Shown here: positions 1 to 13,615 of the stretch, in pieces
How the letters are laid out: each line of letters begins with the position of its first letter
Position numbering within the stretch: position 1 is the stretch's first letter
Origin: Eledone cirrhosa
Lineage: Eukaryota
Reading direction: 5' to 3'
Length of the DNA: 64,000 nt
Assembly: GCA_964016885.1 (NCBI GenBank)
Contig: OZ024762.1
Coordinates: 18,600,001 to 18,664,000 of the forward strand
Notes under the pieces: generated by a model
Told to the model about the DNA's origin: nothing
The model's input: only the letters and a program-made list of their open reading frames with translations
Database searches by the model: none
Made by a program: the position numbers and the translations under genes

Positions 1-457
1 TCGGCGGCATTACAATATCACAAATATACTACATTTACTTACATAATCTCTACCACAGCCGTTAAGTACCACACGCCACCACCGGTCAACTAATAAGTTG
101 TTTACTTACTACAGTATGTCGTTTAGTCACCGAAACTGATGCTGCACGGTCCATTTTCTGTTATTTGACTTTCTTTCTTCATAGAAAACTATGATATATT
201 ATCAACTTATATTTTTACTATCAGGTTAATTTACCTATTATTGTCATATAATTTTCACCCCCAGTTTTCATTGCATAAGGACAAATTACTGAAACTAACA
301 CTAAAAACATTTTTCGAAATGATGCCACGAAAATCTTTTAGAAAAGGTAAACAAAAATGTAAATTATCTTTAAATTACTTGGCACATTAATACATTAACC
401 AAAAGCTCAGTCTGGACATTTTTGTTTTTTCCCCTATATATATATATATATATAGTA

Positions 458-553
458 ATAATTGTTTCTACTTTTGGAACAAGGCCACAAGGGCCGTAAC
501 TCTATGCGTCTAAGCATGGCGTCCGACCCTCTACTGATACTGCCAATCCACCG
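458..553 (-). mobile_element. Internally deleted S1 SINE
   Basis: Tail (attgtttctacttttgg) joined directly to head (ccgtaactctatgc...tgccaatccaccg). Confidence 0.75.
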
Positions 554-634
554 TTATATATATAGTAATAATAAATGAAGATCCCATTAAGGGTGAAAGC
601 AGCGATTTTGCTTAAACTTTAATCTGTTCTTATA

Positions 635-666
<32 letters not shown>

Positions 667-670
667 ATAT

Positions 671-744
<74 letters not shown>

Positions 745-831
745 CTGTATGTGTGTGAGTGTGTGTATGTATATATGTTTGTATATATATATATATATAA
801 AGAATTAATATCTAGTAACATGTATATACAT

Positions 832-1563
832 TATAAAATTAACTTACTTACTAAAATGTCACTTCCAACTAATTAGTTTCTGGAATGGAGTAAATATATT
901 TTCCGAAGAAAACATAGAGAAACATTCTCTATGTTTTCTTCGGAAAATATATTTATTCCATTCCAGAAACTAATTAGTTGGAAGTGATATTTTAGTAAGT
1001 AAATTAATTTTCTAATTTTCTTATTTTACGTCTCTCATATTATTGTTCTGCAACCCCATGCATTGAACCACAAAGTTACTAAGACAAAACCTATATATTT
1101 GCTAGCATATATATGCATCTGTATGTATATACATGTTACTAGATATTAATTCTTTATAATTATCTCCAAATTATTTGTCGAGCAATATTGGCCACGACTG
1201 CTGCTATGGTAGCAGGCAGGCCACTGTCTTATTAGCAAACCACTTTCCACTGATTGACCTCGATGTCACGTGATTGATTCTTTTTGAATTTGCCACCGAC
1301 GTAGAGGCAGTGATTTTCTCAATGGTTAGGAATTCAGTCCACGCTTTGCTATTTTCTATCCACTGAATTATTTTTTAATAAGTTTCCAGTGTCCACGCTT
1401 TGCCTGGTTACTTAGATGAGAATAGTCTTCCCTGACGACGGAATGTTTCTCTGTGTTTTCTTCGGAAAATATATTTACTCCATTCCAGAAACTAATTAGT
1501 TGGAAGTGATATTTTAGTAAGTAAGTTAATTTTATAATTTTCTTATTTTACGTCTCTCATATA
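832..1563. mobile_element. Non-coding hammerhead-containing element (Penelope-like/retrozyme-like), family A copy 1
   Basis: Inverted arm about 832-925, then a forward segment with a 522-bp period (tctctcatat at 1031 and 1553). Flanked by TA-rich sequence. Closely related copy at 43209-44003. Confidence 0.75.
1427..1506 (+). ncRNA. Type I hammerhead ribozyme (family A)
   Basis: Stem I cttcc/ggaag; core CTGACGA (1432-1438); stem II ggaatg...cattcc; GAAA (1488-1491); short palindromic stem III ac-taatta-gt; predicted cleavage triplet GTT. Confidence 0.7.
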
Positions 1564-1608
1564 TATGTATAGATTACATGAAACAAAGTTCTGTTTAAAT
1601 CATTTATC

Positions 1609-1655
1609 TGCTTACAATTGTTTCTTCCAAACCGAGGTTTGGATTCTTCGGAGCA
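1609..1655 (-). ncRNA. Type I hammerhead ribozyme with one core substitution
   Basis: Minus strand: tgct CCGAAGA atccaaacc-tc-ggtttggaa GAAA caatt GTA agca. All three stems present; core U4>C. Confidence 0.55.
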
Positions 1656-2708
1656 ATTATTAAGTGATTTTTAACATACTTGACCTCCTTTTCAACACAA
1701 GAATGGATGTCAACCCACTGTGGGTCAATGTATACATATGTTTCTATATGTCTCTTGTGTTGAAAAGGTGGTCAAGTATGCATCGTTATTGTACTCTAAT
1801 ATTTTACCGCGTTGCTTTTCGTTATTAATTTTTATCTTTCTAACACACACGCAAAATTTATGTACATATATACATATACACACATACGTATATACATACA
1901 TTTACACACACACACATACACACATATATATATATTTATATACAAAAATGCACACACACATATCTATTTCTAAACAAATATGCACACGCACACACTGACA
2001 TATATACATTCACACACTCACACACACACACACATATACACATACATACATGTATATTTATATACAAAAACGCACCCACACACACACTCACACACATATA
2101 TCTATTTCTACATATGCACATACTGACATATATACATCCACACACACACACATATACACATACATACATGTATATTTATATACAAAAACGCACACACACA
2201 CTCACACACATATATCTATTTCTACATATGCACATACTGACATATATACATGCACACACACACACTGACATATATACATCCACACCCCCACACACACACA
2301 CACACATATGCACATACATACATGTATATTTATATACAAAAACGCACACACACACACACTCACACACATATATCTATTTCTACATATGCACATACTGACA
2401 TATATACATGCACACACACACACACACGCATATAGACATACGTATATAAATACAGTCATCCGTACATGTACTTGTAAGAACATGTTAGATATATCTGTAT
2501 ATCTGGAAGTGCTCAGTGTCACTAAAAGAATCATCAATTTCAAACGATGGTAAAGAAATATTATTGAAATAAAACCAGTAAAAAGATTTAGGAATGATTT
2601 AATATAGTTACGTAGCTCTGGGGTATTTCTAGGACTTATTTTATCGATCTTCGTTCAATTCGTTCGATCATTATCAAATCATATCCATCTGTATTTGAAA
2701 ATAGAATC

Positions 2709-3087
2709 ATCTTCTTCTTCTTCTTCTTCTTCTTCTTCTTCTTCTTCTTCTTCTTCTTCTTCTTCTTCTTCTTCTTCTTCTTCTTCTTCTTCTATTGTTT
2801 TTATTGGTATTGGGAAGGGTTGGGGTTATGTGGATATTAGTAGTGGTAGTGGTGGTGGTGGTGGTGGTGGTGGTAGTGGTGGTGGTAGTAGAGGTGGTGG
2901 TGGGGGTAGTGGTGGTAGAGGTGGTGGTGGTGGTGGTAGTGGTGGTGGTGGTGGTGGTAGTAGTGGTGGTGGTGGTGGTGGTAGTAGAGGTGGTGGTGGT
3001 GGTAGTGGTAGTGGTGGTGGTGGTAGAGGTGGTGGTGGTGGTGGTGGTGGTGGTGGTGTTAGTGGTAGTGGTGGTGGTGTTAGTGGT
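2709..3087. repeat. (TCT)n and (GGT)n trinucleotide repeats
   Basis: Direct inspection. Confidence 0.95.
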
Positions 3088-3100
3088 AAATATATATCTA

Positions 3101-3914
3101 CTAGCATTAAAGCCCGGCGTTGCTCGGGGTCATTAAGTTACCAAAGTTAGGTTGCACCACCCATTTTATGGCAGCACTTTTTTGTCTGCCAGACACTGGG
3201 TGAATGAATTGCAGACCTGGAAGCATGAGCTGCGCCAGCAGTGACAATTGTAGTTTCGCCTATGGATATTATCTCTGTGCAAAAAAGTGTTGAAATTTAT
3301 TGTTTCACAGTACTTGCGCAACACGCGCGTAGACGATGCCAGCCGAACAACAGAGCTGAGATGGAGTTGTTCTGCATGGTTGTCTGTGTGTTTTCTAAAT
3401 TTAAGACAGTAGGGAGGGTTGTGATATGAGGGAAAGTTAGCTGTTGTTTCTAGCAGGTTTAGTGACCTCATAGAGTATATGTGTTTTCTAAATTTAAGAC
3501 AGTAGGGAGTGATGTGATATGGGAGAGAGTTAGCTGCTGTTTCTAGCAGGTTTAGTAACCTCATAGAGGATATGTGTTTTCTAAATTTAAGACAGTAGGG
3601 AGTGGTGTGAACGGACAGTATCACCATCAAGCTTGGAAAGAGAAAGTAGCAGAAAGTATGAAGTTGTATAGATTTTGAATGGTAGTAGAAAGAGTTCAGC
3701 AGTTTAAATGAGAGAGAAAAATCGTAAAATATTGAGTTTTATCTATTTTTTGCGTAATTGTGGGTAAAATTGAAAACATTATCTGCGTCAAGACGCAATC
3801 GAAGTTATTTCGAATACTGAATTGTAAATTTCAATTGAAGAAATTCTATATCGTAGATTTCTATAACGAAGGAGCATGACCACACACTGAGCTTTATAGA
3901 TTATGATATATGGA
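3101..3914 (-). mobile_element. Non-autonomous Helitron-like element
   Basis: On minus, starts A|TC at 3914 and ends with hairpin cccgagcaacgccggg then CTAG|T at 3101. Three internal ~93-bp repeats (3387, 3480, 3573). Confidence 0.65.
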
Positions 3915-4070
3915 TATATATATATATATGTGGATATATATATATGTGTGTGTGTGTGTATGTATACACTATATACATACATTCAGAGCTAAGTAATCAA
4001 TGAAACAACTTTGTAGTATTTATTATTTAATGTTATGTTTGTGTGATTTATTTTTATGTATTCATTACTC

Positions 4071-4071
<1 letters not shown>

Positions 4072-4103
<32 letters not shown>

Positions 4104-4152
4104 CTACTACTACTACTACTACTAGTAGTACTACTACTACTACCACTAGTAG

Positions 4153-4215
<63 letters not shown>

Positions 4216-4388
4216 CACCACCACCACCACCACTACTACTACTACTACTACCACTACTACTACTACCACCACCACTACCACCACCACCACCACCACCACC
4301 ACCACCACCACCACCACCACCACCACCACCACCACCACCACCACCACCACCACCACCACCACTACTACCACTACTACTACTACTACTA

Positions 4389-4452
<64 letters not shown>
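4072..4452. repeat. (CTA)n/(CCA)n/(TTA)n compound microsatellite
   Basis: Direct inspection. Confidence 0.95.
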
Positions 4453-4784
4453 CATTAATTTTTACTTATATATTTTATTACGTTGCCTACACTTTTTTTT
4501 TCATATTTATCAATATTTGTTTTGTTTAGTTTTAGTATTTGTTGTATTCTCCTTATTAGCCCAGATGCGAAGATTAATGTTTTTGTTAGACATTTTCACA
4601 AGGCAACAGATAATAGTTGCAAGTGTTTATGTCTGGAAGATTTGTTATCGTTGGAGCAGCATTTCTTGCTTGTCTCAGCCTTATTCTTTTTCCTCTTCCC
4701 CCTCCTTCACTCTCTCCGACGCCCCCTCCACACCCACACACTCACACAGACACACCTGTATATATATATATATACATGTATACA

Positions 4785-4831
<47 letters not shown>

Positions 4832-4978
4832 AAAGTATGTATTGAGTTATAAACTCAGAATGATTTGAACACATATATGTATGTATCTGTGTTTATCTCT
4901 TTATTAAATTAACTTACATTATATTATATTATATTATATTATATTATATTATATTATATTATATTATATTATATTATA

Positions 4979-5040
<62 letters not shown>

Positions 5041-6360
5041 GTAAAATTGAAGTATTCCCAGCGCGAAAGGTAGTCGTAAACAGCTGGATAGTATATGTAT
5101 AGTAAAAATTCGGGTTAAATATAACCTCAAATCGAACTTAGAGTGGATGAGAGAGGGGGAAAGAGAGTCTAAATCATGAGATGACAAATGAGAGGGTTAT
5201 AGAGAGAGAGAAGGGGAGAGGAGAGGAGTAAAGTGGGAACGAAAACGATGGAGCAGGAGTTATGGAGAAATACGAACAAAAGATGGAGAAAGTAAACTAA
5301 CAAGAAAAAAAAAACCTTAGCGTCATACGAATCATCAGCTTCCATCAAGACTAAAATAGTTTCTCGCAGAAGAGGAAAGACTAAGTCTTGCCCGCACAAA
5401 ACAACTTAAATTTCTGTTGTTCTGACGTTAGAAGAAGTGAACAGTGGTCGGCCGTAGTAGGCGAGAAAAGAGAGTGTTTGGTACTTCAAAGGGAACAGCA
5501 GCAGCAGTAGGTGCTAAGAAAGCGAAAGTAACAGTAGTAACAGTGGCAAAACAAAGGGAGGCGATAGCGAGAGAAACGAAAATAGATGCATCTATACAAA
5601 TATATATATGTATATATTTATTTATACTCCGATGAACCCGGCCTTGTGCTTGGATGAAACGATCATTAATAATAACATGTTCTAAAACACTCTTTGATTG
5701 TTATTTATGAAGTATGTATATATTTGAACATTTACAGTACGCATCTAAAAGAAATTGCCTCATGCAAAATATATTTTCTATGTGGAAAATATATTTAACA
5801 TGACATGCAACAAGGTGTAAAATACATACACTACCAGTACGAATGAAAATTAAACTTTGAAAAACCATTCATAACGAAACCGGTTGGTGTGAAGCATTAT
5901 TAGATAATTAGATGAGTGATTCTGATATATTCACATATTTACTTTGTGTGACCTAATTTCTTTTCCTTACGTAAACGTGCATATATGCATACAAATATAT
6001 ATATAAAATTTATAATCGCTCTGCTTATTTTCTCGCCCACTAAAAAGTGTATATACATTTTTGAAAGTGTATGTACATTTGAACACACACACACACTTTT
6101 TACACACACACTCTCTCTCTCCCCCCCCACACACATATATTATACTATAAACTGAATCTCTAAATAACTTATCTCAGTAAACCATCAACGATCTGGTTTA
6201 CTAAATAACCGAAACGTCATTAGAAAACTAACTAACTAAATAACTAGCTAACTAAATAATTGTTTCTACTTTGGCACAAGGCTAAATAATAATAATGAAA
6301 GGTGAAATTTGAACTAAGGACGTAAAGGACCGTAACTCTATGCTGCAAAGCATGGTGTCC

Positions 6361-6401
6361 GATGATGATGATGATGGTGATGATGATGATGTTGATAATG
6401 T

Positions 6402-6451
<50 letters not shown>

Positions 6452-6640
6452 TTGGTGATGTTAATGGTGATGATGATGATGACGATGATGTTAATGATGA
6501 TGATGTTGAAAATGATGCTTATGTAGTTGTTGGTGATGATGATATTTATGATGTTGATAATGCTTTGAAGATGATGATGTTTGCTTTCCTGATAAATATT
6601 ACATTTTTGATCGATATTGATGATGATGATGATAATGAAG

Positions 6641-6672
<32 letters not shown>

Positions 6673-7118
6673 GAAGAAGGAGGAGGAGGAGGAGGAGAAG
6701 AAGAAGAAGAAGAAGAAGAAGAAGAAGAAGAAGAAGAAGAAGAAGAAGAAAAGAAAAAGAGAAGATCATGAAGGAGAAGAAGGAGAAGAAGAAGGAGAAG
6801 AAGGAGAAGAAGAAGTAAAAGAACAGAAAAAGAAGAGGAGAAGGAGCAGGAGGAGGAGAAGAAGAAAAAGAAGAAGAAGAAGAAAAAGAAAAAGAGAAGA
6901 AGATCATGAAGGAGAAGGAGAAGAAGAAAAAGAAAAAGAAAAAGAAAAAGAGGGAGAGGAAGAAGGAGAAGAAGAAAAACAAAAAGAAGAAGAAGAAGAA
7001 GAAAAAGAGAAGAAGGAGAAGATGAAGAAGAAGAAGAAGAAGAAGAAGAAGAAGAAAAAGGAGATGATAAGGAGATGATAATAGTATCAATGCTGATAAT
7101 GAAGAAAACGATGATGAC

Positions 7119-7151
<33 letters not shown>

Positions 7152-7660
7152 AGTGGTGGTGAAGATGGTTATGATGATGATGATGATGATAATTATGATG
7201 TCCATATTGATGTTGTTGTCATAGTAATTGTTAATTATTTTGTGTTTATTATTTTGTTCTTTCTTCTTCTCTCTTGAACTTCTTCTTCTTCTCCCCCCCA
7301 TTCCCCCTCCCCCTCCTTCTTCTTCTTCTTCTCCCCCCTCCCTCCGCCCCTCCTCCTTCCTCGCCACCTCCTCCACCTCCAGCCCCTCCTCCTCCTCCTT
7401 CTTCTTCTTCTTCTTCTTCTTCTTCTTCTTCTTCTTCTTCTTCTTCTTCTCCTCCCCCTCCCTCCGCCCCTCCTCCTTCCCCGCATCCACCCCCTCCTCC
7501 TCCCCTCCTCCTCCTCCGCCCTTCTTCTTCTTCTTCTTCTTCTTCTTCTTCTTCTTCTTCTTCTTCTTCTTCTTCTTCTTCTTCTTCTTCTTCTTCTTCT
7601 TCTTCTCCACCACCACCTCATCCCTTCACCCCCTCACCCCCATTACTCCCCCTCCCCCTC
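6361..7660. repeat. (GAT)n/(GAA)n then (TTC)n/(TCC)n compound low-complexity region
   Basis: Direct inspection. Confidence 0.95.
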
Positions 7661-8044
7661 TTCTCTGTTTGAAGAATGATGAAAGTGAAAAGATGAAAAA
7701 TAAACAAACCAGAAATAAAACTGTATTTCGTTGTTTTCATTTATTTGTTGTTATGTAAATGATTGCAATCTGTTTACATATGCAAATGAATAACAACAAC
7801 GTTGTTAGTATATGCAAATTATGTATGGCACATCTGAGTATGCAACTCTTTGCAGAATAAAACCAAAGTAATCATATTTCCGAAGAAAAAAGACAGGGTT
7901 CACAGGGAGCAACAGCAGATATACTACTACTGCTACTACTACTACTGCTACTACTACTGCTGCTGCTACTACTACTACTACTACTACTGCTGCTGCTACT
8001 GCTGCTGCTACTGCTGCTACTGCTACTACTACTGCTGCTCCTGT

Positions 8045-8108
<64 letters not shown>

Positions 8109-8127
8109 GTATATATATATAAATATA

Positions 8128-8290
8128 TAAAACGAAGGAAGTGTGGTACGGAACCACGTGGACCATAACGCACCAGAGTACTCGATACTTTGGGTAGTAG
8201 GGCGGGTAATAGGAAAAGACGGCAGACCTCAAGCCGTTTCGTCCAGAAATAGCTGTCGAAACGGCTTGAGCTCTGCCGTCGGGGTTCTGA
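8128..8290 (-). mobile_element. Family B short foldback element (hammerhead 3' half plus ~100-nt tail)
   Basis: Shares gaaggaa.tgtggta.ggaacca..tggaccataacgcacca and gtcGAAAcggcttgagctctgccGTCgggg with 54237-54435, 59024-59247 and, in part, 24855-24915. Confidence 0.65.
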
Positions 8291-8649
8291 CTATTTTCCT
8301 ATATATATATATATATATTAATTTTCCTATATATATATTAATATATACATATATATAAATTTAGAAGGAACAAGGGTGTGTGTGGTTACTTGATAAAGTG
8401 TATTTAGAAATAAAAGGAGAGCACAAACAAGGGTCAGTCCCCTCATCAGTTGTCTGCTGGATGTCTCGGACATTTCAACACATCATTAAAGACAATATAT
8501 ATACGTATATATAGCCGTAATTCCATGTGGAGCAACAGAAACTCACTTCATAGCTATATTCTGAACCCGACGGTACCGATCTCTTCTTTTCCAGGTTTGA
8601 AAAGGAGATAAATACTATGAAAGGAAGTGAGAACGAGATACAGAAGAAG

Positions 8650-8870
8650 AATCAACCCAGTGCATTACTGGTAATTTATTTTATCAATTCAATCCACGAA
8701 GGATGAATGGCAAAGTTGACCTCGGCCGGATTTGAACGTAAAAGCCAAAACCAAATACCGCAAAATAATTTCTCCGCCGCTCTAACGATTCTGTACAACC
8801 ACCAGGTTTCTTATTTAGACCCAAGTATTTGACTGGTACTTTATCAATCTCGGAAGGATAAAAGACAAAA
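8650..8870 (-). mobile_element. Older S1-related SINE copies
   Basis: cccagtgcattactggta..ttattttatc...ggatgaatggcaaagttgacctcggc.ggatttgaac. Confidence 0.65.
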
Positions 8871-8904
8871 TTAATTTTTATCTTCTCTGTCCTCGTCTCT
8901 TTCT

Positions 8905-8942
<38 letters not shown>

Positions 8943-9113
8943 CCTCTTTTTAACCTGCTTTGATTCCTTTACACACATACTCATACACACACACACACAC
9001 ACACACACATCAACACATCCACACACACATACATACACATACATACTCACACACACACACACACAGACACGCGTTCAAACGCATTCTATCTTTTTACTCC
9101 TCACTGAACATTC

Positions 9114-9165
<52 letters not shown>

Positions 9166-9426
9166 CACACACACCTATACACACATAGATACACACACAT
9201 ATATACACACACCTATGCATACACAGATATATATACACACACACACCCATATATATATATACACATACACACACCTATACACACACACCTATACACACAC
9301 ACACACCCATATATATACAGACACACACACCTATACGCACACACACACAAACACACACACACACACATATATACATATATACACACACACCTATACGCAC
9401 ACACACACACGCACACACACACACAC

Positions 9427-9510
<84 letters not shown>

Positions 9511-9999
9511 GCTCCCTCTGAATAATTCTCTCTTCCCCATCACTCCATCGCCCCACACAACACTCTCCCCCTCTCACCCTTCTCTCTATATTTCCTCTTT
9601 CTATCTCAGAACATATTTCTTCTCCAGTGTCTCCACATTCTTTACAATTTATTCATATAATTAAGTGCAAATTTCATTTTATTTTATATTTTTTTTTATA
9701 GATTTCTTTTGGAAGTTCGTTAATCAGTTGTTGTTTTGTATTTTCTTTGAGATGAATATATTTATTAATTTCTTTATTTTATTGTTTGGTCATTTTTTCT
9801 CTCTCCTTTTGCACTTGTCGTGCAATTTACGGCACTTGTCACTTGCCGAAGCCAAAGTAACCGTATTCGTTTTCATTGCACGCATATTTCAAGCGCTAAC
9901 ATAAATCTTACTTTGTTATACAAATAAACAACCAGGAACGACAGAAGCCGTTAAATAGAAAACCACTGTTGTTTCTACATATACCTGCAGCCACATAAA

Positions 10000-10425
10000 C
10001 ACGTACATCTAGACACAATGTACATACATACACACACACGTACATCTAGACACAATGTACATACAGACACACACACGTACATCTAGACACAATGTACATA
10101 CATACACACACACGTACATCTAGACACAATGTACATACAGACACACACACGTACATCTAGACACAATGTACATACATACACACACACGTACATCTAGACA
10201 CAATGTACACGAATACACACACCACACACACACACACGCACACATCTAGATACAATGTATACGAATACACACACACACACACACACACGTACACGTACAT
10301 CTAGACACAATGTACACGAATACACACACACACACACACGCACACACGTACATCTAGACACAATGTACACGAATACACACACACACACACACACACACGT
10401 ACATCTAGACACAATGTACACGAAT

Positions 10426-10458
<33 letters not shown>

Positions 10459-10590
10459 TCTAGACACAATGTACACGAATACAAACACACACACACACAC
10501 GCACATCTAGACACAATGTACACGAGTACACACACACACACACACACGCACATCTAGACACAATGTACACGAATACACACACACACACAC
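10000..10590. repeat. Minisatellite with constant core and variable (CA)n spacer
   Basis: About 14 copies of cgtacatctagacacaatgtaca separated by CA runs. Confidence 0.9.
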
Positions 10591-11058
10591 GCGTGGAACC
10601 AGCACGTGGGACCCGCACGTGGGACCCCCATTTGCTTACCATACAGAGAGAGATGAGGAGGGCGAGATAGATGGAGGCGATGAACAGTGGGAGTTAGGCT
10701 CTGCTGCTAGGTTTCGGACCTGGTGTACATGAGAGATGGGGGAGAGATAGAAAATTATTTATTTCCCAAGATTTACATAAAGCGGGCAAGTATCTATCGT
10801 ACTGTGGAGATGCGAAGGAATGTAATATTTGGGTCGTGTTCTCGTTGACGAATTTGTGTACATCTAACTTCTCGGGGAGATTCAGCATGACACAGTATGT
10901 AGCATGACTGGCCCTTTGAATTACAGATGCAGTCTACATACGGGCTTCCGAACAGTTTCCGTGTACGCAAATTTCACTCACAATTTGAGATTATGGTAAA
11001 TGACATTTGCCCATGATGTCCCTTGTTCCATCAACGTAGTTTTCAAGGAGATTCATCG

Positions 11059-11238
11059 CAGACCTACAACTTACTCCGTCCGACGGGGAGATTTTCAATA
11101 GCCATTTGTGTGGGTGAGAGATGTCTTCTCTTGTGAAAATATATGTAAATTCTCCCCATTTTGCCTAATTTCTCCCCGTTTTGGACCACTTTTTTTCATG
11201 GTATTCCCCGTTTGGGTTTTTAGAGGTTGGCAGGTCTG
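11059..11238. mobile_element. Putative hAT-like MITE
   Basis: Ends CAGACCTACAAC ... GTTGGCAGGTCTG. It interrupts the gagattcagcatgacacagtatg motif seen intact at 10877. Confidence 0.5.
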
Positions 11239-11921
11239 TTAGCATGACACAGTATGTGATAAATCTGGCCTTTTGAATTACATGTACAATTCAATTTTTG
11301 CTATCTGAATGGACTGGAACAACGTGAAAAAAAAAAAAAAAACGTGTTTTGCTTAAGAACACGAGACGCCACCGGGATTTGAACTGAGCATCTTAATTTT
11401 CTGATAAAGCTATTTAAGCTATTAACATAAAAGCCTGTATTTCACTGAGGTTTTTTCAAGAAATCTTAATTCTAGGTATTTTGCATGCGTCGACTAGTAA
11501 CGCCAGATGAATGAGTGACAGGGACGCCGTCTATTCTACTGTATCTTATTCTTTCTCACCCACCTCTGTCTTTCTTTCTCTCTCCCACCTCTCTCTCTCC
11601 CCTTCTATCTATCTCTCTATCTATCTATCTGTTTCTTTCTTTCTATCTATCTCTTTCATTCTTTCTTTACTTCCTTGGGAGAAATTGGCTGTGCTCAGAC
11701 CAGGAGAGAGATAAGCTCTATCAGGTTTTAAATACCCAAGAAAACGTCGGGTATCATGGCGACGCGCCTACGACTTCTTCAAGAGTTCGCAACCAATATT
11801 ACATGGTTTTTTTAATGTAAGTACTTTAAAACGTTCTTCCAATCGTCGACAGACAAGTTTTGATATTTGTATCTCATTCTCGCGAGAACAGCTTCGTGGA
11901 TGATATAATATATTTATACTA

Positions 11922-12435
11922 CTAGACCAGTGCAGTCGATAATGACGGCGATAGCGTTGAATGTATTTATGGGAGGATTTTAAATTTGGCGGAACCTATC
12001 TCATCTTCAGAGCTATGTCTGGAGTTGGAGGGGAGGTCTATTGACACACAACATGTCTTGGGGACTTTAATGCTGACAGAACCCATCTCATCTTCAGAGC
12101 TGTGTCTGAAGTCGTAGGGGCGGTCTATTGACACACAACGTGTCTTGGGGACTTTAATGCTGACAGAACCCATCTCATCTTCAGAGCTGTGTCTGAAGTC
12201 GTAGGGGCTGTCTATTGACACACAACATGTCTTGGGGACTTTAATGCTGACAGAACCCATCTCATCTTCAGAGCTGTGTCTGAAGTCGTAGGGGCGGTCT
12301 ATTGACATACAACATGTCTTGGGGACTTTAATGCTGACAGAACCCATCTCATCTTCAGAGCTGTGTCTGAAGTCGTAGGGGCTGTCTATTGACACACAAC
12401 ATGTCTTGGGGACTTTAATGCTGACAGAACCCATC
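11922..12435 (-). repeat. 87-bp tandem repeat (5 copies, 11992-12435) adjacent to a Helitron-like 3' end
   Basis: Unit aacccatctcatcttcagagctgtgtctgaagtcg...gctgacag; on minus, gccgtc-attatc-gactgc hairpin plus CTAG|T at 11922. Confidence 0.75.
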
Positions 12436-13059
12436 TATCTCCGGGTCTGAACACAGCAGATTTTTTCTAGAGAAAGATAGAGAGTGAAAGGGAGGAAGTG
12501 AGAATAAGACAGAGGATGGATCAAACTCTGCACTAGACTGTAAAAATGAAATAAGACAGATGAACGAATAATTTCTAATTGTAAAACATTCTGAAGTTGT
12601 TAAAGAAAGTGAAGTTAAAATACGATAAATTTAAGATATTTGGCTTAGAGGAGCTGTCAAGGAAACGTGTTAAAAAGACACAGAAACTAGATTGTTCTCT
12701 CTCTTACACACACATACTCCCCCCTCTCTCTCTCCCCCCCTCTCTCTCTCTCTCTCTCTCTCTTGTTCTCTCCCTCACACACATACATATACATACATAA
12801 ACATATACATAGATAAACATACACATACATGAACATACACATACATACATAAACATATACATACACACGCATACACACACACACACACATATACATACAC
12901 ACACTCCCTCTTTTATCTCTCTTACGCACACACATACGTACACACACACACATACACATGCATGCATACGCACATACACGCGCATACACACACACACATA
13001 CATAAACACACACATACATACACACACACGCAGACATGCATACATACACACACACTCAA

Positions 13060-13098
<39 letters not shown>

Positions 13099-13494
13099 CA
13101 CACGCGCACACATACACACACACACACACACACTCACACGCCCACACTCACACACCCAAGCATACACATAAACACATACATACACACATACACACATACG
13201 CACACATACACACATACATACACACACATACATACACACATATATACACACATACACACACATACATACACGCATACATACACATACATACACACATACA
13301 CACACATATATAGAGACATATTTATTTGACCTGTCTTTCTCTTATTCAGCGAGTAACTTAAACCAACAACATTCAATGTAATAACACTATTGCGTCGTCA
13401 ATTATGTAATTTGTAGAAAAAAACAAATTTCTACAAATTACATACTCGACGACCCAATATTAAGATATTGTTTTCTGTAAAAGTCATATCGACA

Positions 13495-13615
13495 AAGTAC
13501 CGGTAGCTCTCCGACAGGTTTGCGGTCGTGCCCTTGGCAGTGGAGACTTCTGGTGTCCTTGGCCCTAGGGCTAACCCCCTACTCACCACCATAGGCGCTG
13601 AGCTGGCTACCCCTA
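13495..13615 (+). mobile_element. Fragment of the restriction-like endonuclease (RLE) region of a CRE-like non-LTR retrotransposon; seed of the 79-bp satellite
   Basis: Translates KYR*LSDRFAVVPLAVETSGVLGPRANPLLTTIGAELA. Matches the KY..L...F.P.AVET.G..G..A..LL..IG motif and aligns with the fragment at 19690-19800. Confidence 0.65.

Noticed and set aside
2695-7758. Poly-S/G/T/E/K/P ORFs
   Set aside because: Pure trinucleotide microsatellites with no flanking domain or splice evidence.
8430-8460. CTGATGA plus small hairpin on minus; likewise partial motifs near 5875, 6210, 25995, 42380 and 56405
   Set aside because: The other half of the core or its stems is missing or too degenerate to call a ribozyme.
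11967-12434. 155-aa ORF with a 29-aa repeat, and CTGAAGA in each unit
   Set aside because: By-product of an 87-bp near-identical minisatellite; no matching GAAA or stems for a hammerhead.
13403-13444. 17-bp-stem AT-rich hairpin upstream of the satellite
   Set aside because: Isolated, AT-rich, no family or function evident; not a terminator in this context.
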